A stretch of DNA of 19,424 nucleotides from Armatimonadia bacterium. Lineage in GTDB: Bacteria > Armatimonadota > Zipacnadia > Zipacnadales > UBA11051. This document shows positions 8,021-16,276 of this stretch, one piece after another (within the stretch, counting starts at the first letter, position 1; each line of letters opens with the position of its first letter). The notes beneath the pieces are model-generated. The model ran no database searches. It saw only the letters and a list, made by a program, of their open reading frames with translations, and was not told the DNA's origin. The position numbers were made by a program, and so were the translations under genes. Where the stretch lies: assembly GCA_039683575.1 (NCBI GenBank), contig JBDKRC010000009.1, positions 1 to 19,424 on the forward strand. The letters run 5' to 3'.

Positions 8021-9256
8021 TCAACCTGAGACTATGTCGCCAACCTCAATCTCGTAGAGCTGCCGGTGGCCCTCGTGCATCGAGTCAAAGCAGATCTTCG
8101 TGCCATCGCGGCTCCAGCGCGGGTGCAGGTCGCAGCGGATCTCGCCCTGAAGACCAGGCGGTGAGTAGAAGCCCCCAACATCAACCCGCTCACCCGTCTG
8201 CAGGTTGTACAGTATGATCGTCCGCAGGTGCCGCGCTCCCCGCGGATAAGTATCCGTGAGCAGGAACCGCCGGTCGGGCGAATAGGTGCAATGCCCGTCA
8301 CAGTCCAGCAGCCCCTCCCCTACTACCTCGACCTCGCGGCTCTGGTCCGTGAACAGGAAGTAACGGTTCCCCACCCCACGCTGTCGTGCCCAGGCCAACA
8401 GGCGCCGGTCATCCAGCCAGTCAAAATGGGATGTCATGTCGTCCGGGTTCAGCATGTACACATCCGAGCCATCCGGACGCGCCGTGAACATCCGCGTGCT
8501 CTGGGCGCGGAGGGCCGCCGATATCGCCCCGCCCTTGAGCAGCCGCTTCACGCCTCGCGCCAAGCCGAGCGCGCTCATGTCGCGGTGCTGCCAGCGGTGC
8601 AAGAAGACGAAGCGGCTGTCGTCGGTCGAGAACTGCAGGTGGTTGAACCGGTGCTTCGCCTGCCCCATGTTGCTGGTGGGCTCCAGGGCAGCGATCTGCG
8701 CCACTGTGACGATCAGCTCATAGTCACCGGTTGCCAGATCCATCCGGTAGATGCCGTCGCCGGCAGGCCGCAATTCGCTCGCAAACGGGTCTGGGATACC
8801 GTTGTACCCATAGCCGGGTCGACAGTCGTGCAGTCGTGAGAAATTGAGCGTCACAGCCTGCGTGCCGTCATGGCTCACGGCATAGATCGGCAGCGGTAGC
8901 AGCCGCCGGTCACCGCTGTCCAGATCGTGGATGCAGGCGGCGTACCTGTCGCCCTCGCGCACATTATAGATGATCCTGCGCCCGTTGCCACCCGGCAGCC
9001 ACTGCAGATGGGTCCCCTGCTGCCAGTTGAAGGCCCGCGTCTCACCCACCGGCTGGAACTCGCCGTCCCCCTGCAGGTCAATGAACCCAATCCGCGCGAC
9101 ATCATCGGCAGACGGCGGACGCTCCATGAAGTCCGTTTCCAGCGCCAGTACATAACGTCCTGACTCGTCATACGGACATTTGTCGTAGTACCCAAAATAG
9201 TGATGGCCGGGCTGATGGGTGAGAGCGCGACACTCGGCTATGCACCAACTGCTCAT
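8021..9256 (-). CDS. Beta-propeller protein, TolB-like / oligogalacturonate lyase (PL22)-like, 411 aa, no signal peptide
   Basis: Repeated propeller-turn motifs (SHDG, STDD, SPDR, SRDG), HHYFGYYD N-terminus, DLHPRWSRDG..ICFDS...RQLY C-terminus. Start moved to ATG 9256 (GAGGA upstream). Confidence 0.7.
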   Translation of the reverse strand: MSSWCIAECRALTHQPGHHYFGYYDKCPYDESGRYVLALETDFMERPPSADDVARIGFIDLQGDGEFQPVGETRAFNWQQGTHLQWLPGGNGRRIIYNVREGDRYAACIHDLDSGDRRLLPLPIYAVSHDGTQAVTLNFSRLHDCRPGYGYNGIPDPFASELRPAGDGIYRMDLATGDYELIVTVAQIAALEPTSNMGQAKHRFNHLQFSTDDSRFVFLHRWQHRDMSALGLARGVKRLLKGGAISAALRAQSTRMFTARPDGSDVYMLNPDDMTSHFDWLDDRRLLAWARQRGVGNRYFLFTDQSREVEVVGEGLLDCDGHCTYSPDRRFLLTDTYPRGARHLRTIILYNLQTGERVDVGGFYSPPGLQGEIRCDLHPRWSRDGTKICFDSMHEGHRQLYEIEVGDIVSG

Positions 9257-9420
9257 CGTGAAATCCTCTGCCTGCTTCTGATCCAGCCCTTCTGGCCCTG
9301 ACTGGCGAGCCCAAGAGCAAAGATGCCCACCACTCTTTATCCTGGTGAGCGTTGCCAATGAACCCACTACACCGCCTTGGCACGCGGCACAGACTGTGCT
9401 ACCGACCACCAAACCGCCTG

Positions 9421-10875
9421 TCAATGCTCAGAGCTGGCCTGCTCCTCTTCCGCATAGTCCATGAACATACCGTGCCGGTATGCCCAGCCCAATGTCAGCA
9501 GCACCACGAGAAGCACGAAAGTCATGGCAGCGCTCTTTACCGAGGACGGCCCGGACTTCTCCTCTGGCGCAACCGCAGGGTCGAGGACCGAAAAGCTCTC
9601 GCTGCTGTTCCTCTGCACCTCTATCTCCGCCAGTTGCAGTTGCTTGGCCAATTCACCAATAGTCTCGCTCTGAATCTTCTGCGTGCGGCTGAGATTCACA
9701 TATTCCCGCGCCACCGGAGGCAAGTTCCGCAGTTGGCTCTCTGATTTGGCGATATTCTCGGCGATCTGCGTCTGTCGTGCCTTCGCTCCCGCGAGTTGCA
9801 CCTCCAGACGCGTCACATCCTCCAGTAGCCCGTCGTAAAGCGGGTTCGGCTGGCGCGTGACCTGCTGCAGAACATCGGCGCTCAGGTGCTCCAACTGCTT
9901 CTCGGTCTGGTTTATCTCTGACTGAATGACCACGACATCAGGATGCTGTGCTGACTTGCCTTCAGCCATCTGGCTGGACAGTTCGCTCTTGTACCTCGCG
10001 AGTTGACCCTCAAGCGAGACAATCATCGGGTTGCGCTGCGTCACCTGCTGCGCAATCCGGTCAGCATCCTCGTGGCGCAAGCGCTTGCGGCTCACTTCGA
10101 GGGAACTCGTCGCCTGCGCCGCCTCCTGCTTCGCCTTCGCGTATTCACTCGTTGCATCCCTGGCGGCGGCCACCAGGACGGTAGCCTTGGCTTCCGGGTC
10201 CAGAAGCAGGTACTGGCTCTGCAACTGCTGCAACTGCATTTCCGTCTCGTCAAGCTTGGCCTGGACCTCATCCACACGCTTCTGAATGAACTCCCGCGTA
10301 CTCGTTGCGCTCTTCACCTTCGTGCCGACCAGATACTCATCAAGGGCTGCCATGTAGTCGTTGGCAATCTGGGCGCACATCTGCTTGGCTTCTGCGGTCG
10401 TGAAGGGTCCGGTCTGCCCGGTCCACATCGCCAGCCTGCTCGGGCCAGCCAGCTCGACTCCGGTCTTGAGCCCGGTGCCGGCCCGCAGTGCCCGCTGCCC
10501 CACGGCCTCCACGGTGGTGGCCTTCCCCAGCCAGTCGATAGCCTTCTCGTGGCTTACGCCCAGCCGTTCCTCCAGCTTTGTCTTGCGCAGGACAACAGCC
10601 CTGATGCGCCGGCTCTGAACCACCTGCTGCATCCGCGTCAGGGAGTTGTCATCGCTGGTGAGACCCGCCAGGGCCAGCCCGCCGATAGTACCAGAGGGCA
10701 GCCTGGCTTCACTGGTGACGATAACGGTACTGGCTGCGTAGGTGCGGGGCACGAAGACATACACGTAGATGCCAACGGCTGCTGATCCCAAAAAGGCCAA
10801 CAAGACAATCCGCGGCCACGTCAGCAGATCCAGGAGAGACATCAACGGTCCAGTCGTTGGTTCTGATTTGTGCAT
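9421..10875 (-). CDS. Polysaccharide co-polymerase / chain-length determinant (GumC/Wzc periplasmic-type) without a tyrosine-kinase domain
   Basis: N-terminal TM followed by PRTYAAST, long coiled coil, HPDVV, then VLDPAVAPEEKSGP before a second TM and a short tail. Start ATG 10875 (AAAGGA upstream); alternative ATG 10842. Confidence 0.85.
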   Translation of the reverse strand: MHKSEPTTGPLMSLLDLLTWPRIVLLAFLGSAAVGIYVYVFVPRTYAASTVIVTSEARLPSGTIGGLALAGLTSDDNSLTRMQQVVQSRRIRAVVLRKTKLEERLGVSHEKAIDWLGKATTVEAVGQRALRAGTGLKTGVELAGPSRLAMWTGQTGPFTTAEAKQMCAQIANDYMAALDEYLVGTKVKSATSTREFIQKRVDEVQAKLDETEMQLQQLQSQYLLLDPEAKATVLVAAARDATSEYAKAKQEAAQATSSLEVSRKRLRHEDADRIAQQVTQRNPMIVSLEGQLARYKSELSSQMAEGKSAQHPDVVVIQSEINQTEKQLEHLSADVLQQVTRQPNPLYDGLLEDVTRLEVQLAGAKARQTQIAENIAKSESQLRNLPPVAREYVNLSRTQKIQSETIGELAKQLQLAEIEVQRNSSESFSVLDPAVAPEEKSGPSSVKSAAMTFVLLVVLLTLGWAYRHGMFMDYAEEEQASSEH

Positions 10876-11125
10876 CCAGTGGAAATCCTTTCCAACGATC
10901 CCGTACGGTTCATTCCCCGCCGCCCCATCTTCAGCCAAACACCCGCCGCAGATGGCGTGTTCCCCCCGTCTGGGCCCTGCCAACGTGGCTCCCTAACGCC
11001 GAAACAGCCTGCGCTCGCACCAGCACGCGCCAAAATGCCCTGTAGCGGGGTCATCCTCTGCGCCTTCGCGCACCACTTCCCCACTCAATTCGCCTTACCG
11101 ACGCCGATATCCTTGTTTGCGGGGA

Positions 11126-12058
11126 TCAAGAAGGGAGAAAAGAACGAACAGTCTGCTCGAGGCCTTCATCCATCTGGACCGCCGGCTCGTAACCGAGAGC
11201 GGCTCGAGCCGCCGAGATGTCCGCCAGTGAATGCTTCACATCGCCGACGCGAGCCGCTTCATAGACCGGCTCGATGTTCGTCCCGATGAGATCATTCAGT
11301 TTCCGCACCAACTGGTTGAGCGACATGCTGTCGCCACAGGCGATGTTGAAGGCCTGACCGGCGCCGTCGGTGGCCAGGGCAGCCTTGACGTTCGCCTGCA
11401 CCACGTTGTCCACATAGGTAAAGTCACGGCTCTGTTCACCGTCACCGTAGATGACAGGTCGTTCGCCCGCGAGTATGCGGGTGCAGAAGATGGGGATGAC
11501 GGCGGCATACTGAGACTTGGGGTCCTGGCGGGGGCCAAAAACGTTGAAGTAGCGCAGGCTCACCGTTTCCAGGCCATATGAGCCATAGAAAGCGCTGGCG
11601 TAGGCTTCCTGCGTCAGCTTGGTGGCGGCATACGGCGAGATCGGCATGGGCCGCATCGTCTCGACCTTGGGAAGCTGCGGGTTGCTGCCATACACCGACG
11701 AGGACGAGGCCTGCACCACTCGCTTCACCCCGGCGTCCTTCGCCGCGATCATCACGTTCAGCGTGCCGGTGCAGTTTGCCTCGTGGCTGCTGATCGGATC
11801 AGCCACTGACCGCGGAACCGACGGGATGGCCCCCTGGTGCAAAACGTAGTCCACGCCCTCAAACACGGGGCGGAGGGCTTCGAGATCACGGATGCTCAAC
11901 TCGAAGAACTTGACCTGATCCCGCACCTCGGCGATGTTCTCCAGCTTCCCCGTTGACAGGTTGTCGACTATCCGAACTTCGTCGCCACGCTTCAAAAGGT
12001 GCCTGACAATGTGGCTGCCTATGAAGCCTGCGCCACCTGTAACGAGAAAACATGCCAT
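11126..12058 (-). CDS. NAD-dependent epimerase, UDP-Glc/GlcNAc(A) 4-epimerase of WbpP/TviC type
   Basis: TGGAGFIGS, PSVPRSVADP, SSSSVYG, SPYAATK, LRYFNVFGPRQDP.SQYAAVIP, GDGEQSRDFTYV, GDVKHSLADIS. Confidence 0.92.
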   Translation of the reverse strand: MACFLVTGGAGFIGSHIVRHLLKRGDEVRIVDNLSTGKLENIAEVRDQVKFFELSIRDLEALRPVFEGVDYVLHQGAIPSVPRSVADPISSHEANCTGTLNVMIAAKDAGVKRVVQASSSSVYGSNPQLPKVETMRPMPISPYAATKLTQEAYASAFYGSYGLETVSLRYFNVFGPRQDPKSQYAAVIPIFCTRILAGERPVIYGDGEQSRDFTYVDNVVQANVKAALATDGAGQAFNIACGDSMSLNQLVRKLNDLIGTNIEPVYEAARVGDVKHSLADISAARAALGYEPAVQMDEGLEQTVRSFLPS

Positions 12059-12078
12059 TGAATCTTGCTCCAGTCTCG

Positions 12079-13752
12079 TCAGTCTGCGGGCGTATCGGAG
12101 AGACCCAATACACCGGCCCCGTTCACCGGGAAGTACATCCGCACCCGCAAGCCCTCGGCAGCGTACCGCGCCATGACCTGCTCGCAGTGCTTCTGCTCAA
12201 CAATCACCATGGCACAGCCGCCCAGGCCTGCCCCCGCCATCTGTGCCCCGAGCACCCCCGGCAAGCCGTATGCCAGGTCTACTATCCGGTCAATCTCGGG
12301 TACGCTGCACTCATAGCGCCCCGGTTGCCACTCCAATTGACAAGCCTCACGCACCGCCGGATCGTCCGATTGCAGGCCCTCGATCAACTCCCGCAGATGC
12401 TCGTCCGTCACCTGGTAATCCCACGGCAGCGGGTTCAGCGCCTCATCATGGGCAATCACGCGGTCGCCGTCGTGGGAGGCCCTGTAAAGCCGGTGCAGCG
12501 CGTCCACATCATGCCGCCTGAGGCAATCCGCAAATAGCCGGGACCGCCGGATCTCGGCCAGGCCGTATAGCAGCACATTGCGCACATAAAGCGGCTGCCC
12601 TACCGGCAGGTCATTGGCAAGAAGGTCCGCGATGCGCTTGTGGTCGAGCGTTGAGAGCCGGTCGAAGTACGTCGGGATGTCGTCGTAGGCAACCTGCTGC
12701 GGGATCTGCATCAGCATCCCATACAGGTCTCCGAGCGAAATGCGCAGCTTGTCGGTGTTGATGTCCCGCAGGTACTCAATGCGGTCAGCGTACTGCGGGA
12801 ACGTCAGCTTGAACAGTGACTGGGCGACGACGTAGGCCAGGACGCGGGCATTGAACTCCGCCCGCGCGCCCTGCATCTTCTTGGCCTCGATGCCAGAGTT
12901 GACGATGAGAATGCGGTAATCCGAGGGGAACGGCATGAACTGCTTGATGTGGAAGGGGAAGAAACTCATGTCGGCGACTTCCCCACGGCGCCCGAACCTG
13001 ATGGCTCCATGGTCGCCGCTACCGCCCCGCGTGCCGACGAACCATTCAGCTTCCCCGCAAAGGTCAACCAGCATCTGCGGCGCCACGGGCAGGTCATTGA
13101 CCTTGATACACGCCTTGGCGGTCGCCACGACCAGTGCCGATGAGGAGCTAAGGCCGCTGCCGATCGGCACGCTGCTATGCACCGTCATCCGCATGCCGCG
13201 AAGCTGCCGGTTCGGGAACGTGTTTTGCAACCGCAGAGTGCTCGCCTTGATGTAGTTCTCCCAGTCCCCGTCGTTGACCAGCGCGATGGTCTTGGGGCTG
13301 TTGATGCAGGTGAACCAGTCCTGAAGCTCAAGATTCCTGACCAGTTCTCCGATCGAGAACTCATTGTCCGCAAACCGGTCTGGCAGCGAGTTGGACAGTT
13401 CCACCACGTCATCCTGGCGCGGAGAGACGACGGCGATGCACTCGTCGTTGATCGCGATGACGTTGATGTCGCCACCACGGTGATCAACGTGCCGCCCCAT
13501 GAGGTTTATCCGCCCAGGCGACCGAACGATGAAGACGAGGTCCGTGCCCCCATAGTGTTGCTGATAGTGCTCGAGGGATATCAGGTACTGCTCGCGCTTT
13601 TCCTCCCTGATGAGGCTGTCCTGTCCGTATGTTACCTCAAGAAAGCGCTCCACCCTCGGATCGCGGTCGGAAAACAGCGCCGTCCACTCTGCAGCCGTAA
13701 ACAGCGACACTTCCGCCGTATCAGTTGTCTCCCACTTCGCTGTAGTACTCAC
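12079..13752 (-). CDS. GHMP-family sugar-1-kinase (galactokinase-like; possibly a uronokinase)
   Basis: SPGRINLMGRHVDH, PIGSGLSSS (GHMP ATP loop), YECSVPEID, GAQMAGAGLGGC. The GTG start overlaps the upstream gene by 32 nt. Confidence 0.85.
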   Translation of the reverse strand: MSTTAKWETTDTAEVSLFTAAEWTALFSDRDPRVERFLEVTYGQDSLIREEKREQYLISLEHYQQHYGGTDLVFIVRSPGRINLMGRHVDHRGGDINVIAINDECIAVVSPRQDDVVELSNSLPDRFADNEFSIGELVRNLELQDWFTCINSPKTIALVNDGDWENYIKASTLRLQNTFPNRQLRGMRMTVHSSVPIGSGLSSSSALVVATAKACIKVNDLPVAPQMLVDLCGEAEWFVGTRGGSGDHGAIRFGRRGEVADMSFFPFHIKQFMPFPSDYRILIVNSGIEAKKMQGARAEFNARVLAYVVAQSLFKLTFPQYADRIEYLRDINTDKLRISLGDLYGMLMQIPQQVAYDDIPTYFDRLSTLDHKRIADLLANDLPVGQPLYVRNVLLYGLAEIRRSRLFADCLRRHDVDALHRLYRASHDGDRVIAHDEALNPLPWDYQVTDEHLRELIEGLQSDDPAVREACQLEWQPGRYECSVPEIDRIVDLAYGLPGVLGAQMAGAGLGGCAMVIVEQKHCEQVMARYAAEGLRVRMYFPVNGAGVLGLSDTPAD

Positions 13753-14758
13753 GTATCTTCTGCAACTCCTCCAGGGTGTTGAACCCCATGCATGCCTGCG
13801 GATCGCTCAACTTCACTGTCTTCAGAGAGAAGCGTAGCCGACCATCGTCGCCACATTCCGAAGCCAGATACTTGATGCAATCCGTCAGGTATTCCTCGCC
13901 CTGTGCATTGGCCGGCTGCAAAGTCTCCAGTGCCTCGTACAGCGCTGTACTCTTGAAAATGTAGACCGAAAGATTGACCTCGTCGGTAGCCGCTTCCACC
14001 TCATGCGCCCGGATCGTTTGCTGGCGCCCCTCGCGGTGGACGGTGATCTCCGCTTTGGGCAAAAGCCCCTCCACTTCAGACGCAAGAAGAAGAGGCTCTA
14101 CCTCACTGCTGTCAGAGATCCGCTGCAAGATCCCCGGACAAGCCTTCTGCAGCTTGCTTTCCTTCGGGAAATGCGCCCTCATGCGCTCCAGAACCTGAAC
14201 CGTGGGCACGCTTGACCCCGAGGCCGCCATCTCCTCCAACTCCACCAGCAGCCTCGACAGCGCGATCTCCGCCGTCTCCACTATTGCTATGGGCTCGCCG
14301 CGCTCATTTTTGAGCACTCGGCCCGAACCCGGATTGTCCTGCTTGTCCCCGGTAAGAAACACCAAATCGGCGTTTTCTTCCCGCATCGCGGAAATAAGGT
14401 CGCTCACAACCTCGCCCCGCAGCACCTTATCGCCCGCCACCAGCAGCACCGCCCCCTGGTACTGCTGCTCCTGCAAAGGCTGTGCTCCGCAACGCGCCGC
14501 GTGCCCGGTCCCCTTCGGCTCGGGTTGGTAAGCAAACTCGACGTTGCTGCGCTTGCTCTCCACCTCTGCCCGCACCTGGTCCGCCAGATGCCCCACCACC
14601 ACAATATGCCTCGTCACGCCGCTCTGTTCATACACCTCCAGAGCACGGGAGATCGCCGGTACGCCCGCTATCTCGTAGCAGACCTTGTTCAGGTCGTCGG
14701 ATGGCATGCGGCTGCCACGACCTGCGGCCAGAACCACAGAGACGACTTCAGTTTCCAC
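13721..14758 (-). CDS. Sugar-1-phosphate nucleotidyltransferase, GlmU N-terminal-like, lacking the acetyltransferase beta-helix
   Basis: VVLAAGRGSRM..K, QPEPKGTGHA, AGD, GRV, IVE, EVN, NAQGEEYLTD, GFNTLEEL. Start moved to GTG 14758 (AGGAG upstream). Confidence 0.85.
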   Translation of the reverse strand: METEVVSVVLAAGRGSRMPSDDLNKVCYEIAGVPAISRALEVYEQSGVTRHIVVVGHLADQVRAEVESKRSNVEFAYQPEPKGTGHAARCGAQPLQEQQYQGAVLLVAGDKVLRGEVVSDLISAMREENADLVFLTGDKQDNPGSGRVLKNERGEPIAIVETAEIALSRLLVELEEMAASGSSVPTVQVLERMRAHFPKESKLQKACPGILQRISDSSEVEPLLLASEVEGLLPKAEITVHREGRQQTIRAHEVEAATDEVNLSVYIFKSTALYEALETLQPANAQGEEYLTDCIKYLASECGDDGRLRFSLKTVKLSDPQACMGFNTLEELQKIREYYSEVGDN

Positions 14759-14869
14759 TCGGCAGTGATCTCCTGGAGGGCATGGTACGGGAGTGCGCCA
14801 GACGGCGCCTCCGGGCAAGAGCCTGAAAGCGACTAAGGGGTGAAGAAAACCTACCCTCCCACGGCGGCA

Positions 14870-14899
14870 ATAATACCACCAGACAGACTGTAGCGTCAA
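14870..14899 (-). promoter_or_regulatory. Putative sigma70 promoter for the minus-strand polysaccharide operon
   Basis: Minus strand TTGACG (14899-14894), 18-nt spacer, TATTAT (14875-14870), preceded by TG-n (extended -10). Confidence 0.55.
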
Positions 14900-15015
14900 C
14901 TGCACACCAACGTCTGAGTATCTCTTGACACAATATACGCCCTAACCGAGCCCCCCTGCTCGCGAGGCTGTCCCGTACAATGATACTGCCGTCCTCGCCT
15001 ACAGATGCCATGATC

Positions 15016-15024
15016 TGCTATAAT
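15016..15024 (+). promoter_or_regulatory. Putative extended -10 promoter for the plus-strand SDR gene
   Basis: Perfect TGcTATAAT in a high-GC background, about 220 nt upstream of ATG 15247; no convincing -35. Confidence 0.5.
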
Positions 15025-15193
15025 CCATCCCCGCAACAACCATTCAGTCACTGCGTTGTCCAAAACACACCGAGGACAGAAAAAACCTTCGCCAACAAGA
15101 GGTCATGGTCGACACCCCGGGGAATAGCACGTGGGCGTAGTCCCCAGTGGTTGAGGGTTAGGCGTCCAGCCACACGACGTAAAGGAGACGAGA

Positions 15194-15259
15194 ATGCTTT
15201 TTGTAGTAGAAGACGTCGTACAATCAGCCCGAAAGGAGTACGTGCCATGCATGCTCTAG
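15194..15259 (+). CDS. Candidate 21-aa leader peptide (MLFVVEDVVQSARKEYVPCML)
   Basis: AAAGGAG at 15181-15187, 6 nt before ATG 15194. The ORF runs over the RBS and start of the next gene and stops at TAG 15259. Confidence 0.3.
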   Translation: MLFVVEDVVQSARKEYVPCML

Positions 15260-16248
15260 TGACCGGCGGAGCAGGCTTCATCGGCTCGCATCTGGTCCGA
15301 GAACTGCTCAAGCGCGACTACTCCGTGACCGTTGTGGACAATCTGGTCACCGGTTCGATGCGGAACATCGAGGATTTGCTTTCCGTATCCGGGTTTGATT
15401 TCGTTGAAGCCGACATCTGCCAGCGCGAACTGCTCGCGCCCCTAATGAAGAAATCCCACTACTGCTATCATCTCGCTGCGGCGGTAGGGGTCAAGCGCAT
15501 TGTAGACGAGCCCCTCGCCTCTCTCGAAGCTCTCGTCCATGGCACTTCCTCCGTACTCGAGGCCGCCAACACCTACCGGGTGCCAATCTTCCTGGCCTCG
15601 ACGTCGGAAGTCTACGGAAAGCATGGCGCCCACTCCCTCGCCGAGGAATGTGCCAGCGTCATCGGCCCCGTCATGAAGTGGCGCTGGCTATACGCCTGCT
15701 CCAAGATGCTGGACGAGTTCTGGGCTCTCGCCTACCACCACGAGCGAAGTCTGCCGGTAATCGTCTCCCGGCTCTTCAACGTCAGCGGCCCCCGTCAGAC
15801 CGGCCGCTGGGGCATGGTTGTCCCCACCTTCGTACAACAGGCGCTCGACAACAAGCCGGTCACCGTTTACGGTGACGGCGAGCAGAGGCGCTGCTTCCTC
15901 CACGTGAGTGACTGCGTCGAGTCCATCATGCGCCTGACGACCAATCCCGACGCCGTCGGCGAGATCGTCAACATCGGCAATGCGAACGAGTTGAGCATCA
16001 ACCAGCTCGCCCAGCGCGTCATCGACCTTGTCCCCGGCACAACCTCCGAGATCACCCACATCAGCTACGAGGACGCCTACGGCCAGGGCTTCGAGGACAT
16101 GCTCCAGCGCAGGCCAGACGCCTCGCTCCTCACCGAGCTGACCGGCTTCCAGCCGCAGATGACCATAGATCAGATCATCACCGACGTCATGGACTACATC
16201 AAGAGCGGCCCTGCAGCAGCCGCGTCCGATGCCCGCCGCGCCGGTTAA
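15247..16248 (+). CDS. NAD-dependent epimerase/dehydratase, UDP-glucuronate decarboxylase (Uxs/ArnA C-terminal)-like, 333 aa
   Basis: VTGGAGFIGSHL, HLAAAVGV, ASTSEVYGK, RWLYACSK (YxxxK), RLFNVSGPRQ, GDGEQRRCF. Start moved to ATG 15247 (AAAGGAG upstream). Exact activity uncertain. Confidence 0.85.
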   Translation: MHALVTGGAGFIGSHLVRELLKRDYSVTVVDNLVTGSMRNIEDLLSVSGFDFVEADICQRELLAPLMKKSHYCYHLAAAVGVKRIVDEPLASLEALVHGTSSVLEAANTYRVPIFLASTSEVYGKHGAHSLAEECASVIGPVMKWRWLYACSKMLDEFWALAYHHERSLPVIVSRLFNVSGPRQTGRWGMVVPTFVQQALDNKPVTVYGDGEQRRCFLHVSDCVESIMRLTTNPDAVGEIVNIGNANELSINQLAQRVIDLVPGTTSEITHISYEDAYGQGFEDMLQRRPDASLLTELTGFQPQMTIDQIITDVMDYIKSGPAAAASDARRAG

Positions 16249-16276
16249 CCGAGCTCTGTAAGCAACAGACCTCTCG

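Noticed and set aside
11015-11035. Sigma54-like TTGGCGCG...TGC upstream of the co-polymerase
   Set aside because: GG-to-GC spacing is 11 nt rather than the required 10.
13016-13026. ops-like GGCGGTAG on the minus strand (also on the plus strand near 15480)
   Set aside because: Inside coding sequence (Gly-Gly-Ser codons), not in a leader; expected by chance at this GC content.
12079-14758. Gene symbols galK and glmU
   Set aside because: The kinase lacks GEHxDY, and the transferase lacks the acetyltransferase domain and has a large insert, so orthology is unsupported.
14925-14930. Perfect TTGACA on the plus strand
   Set aside because: No -10 element 16-18 nt downstream.
14980-15246. 89-aa N-terminal extension of the SDR ORF, and similar extensions on ORFs starting at 6264, 8024, 9424, 10983, 14905 and 19207
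   Set aside because: Family motifs and RBSs point to downstream starts; the extensions cover promoters or neighbouring genes.
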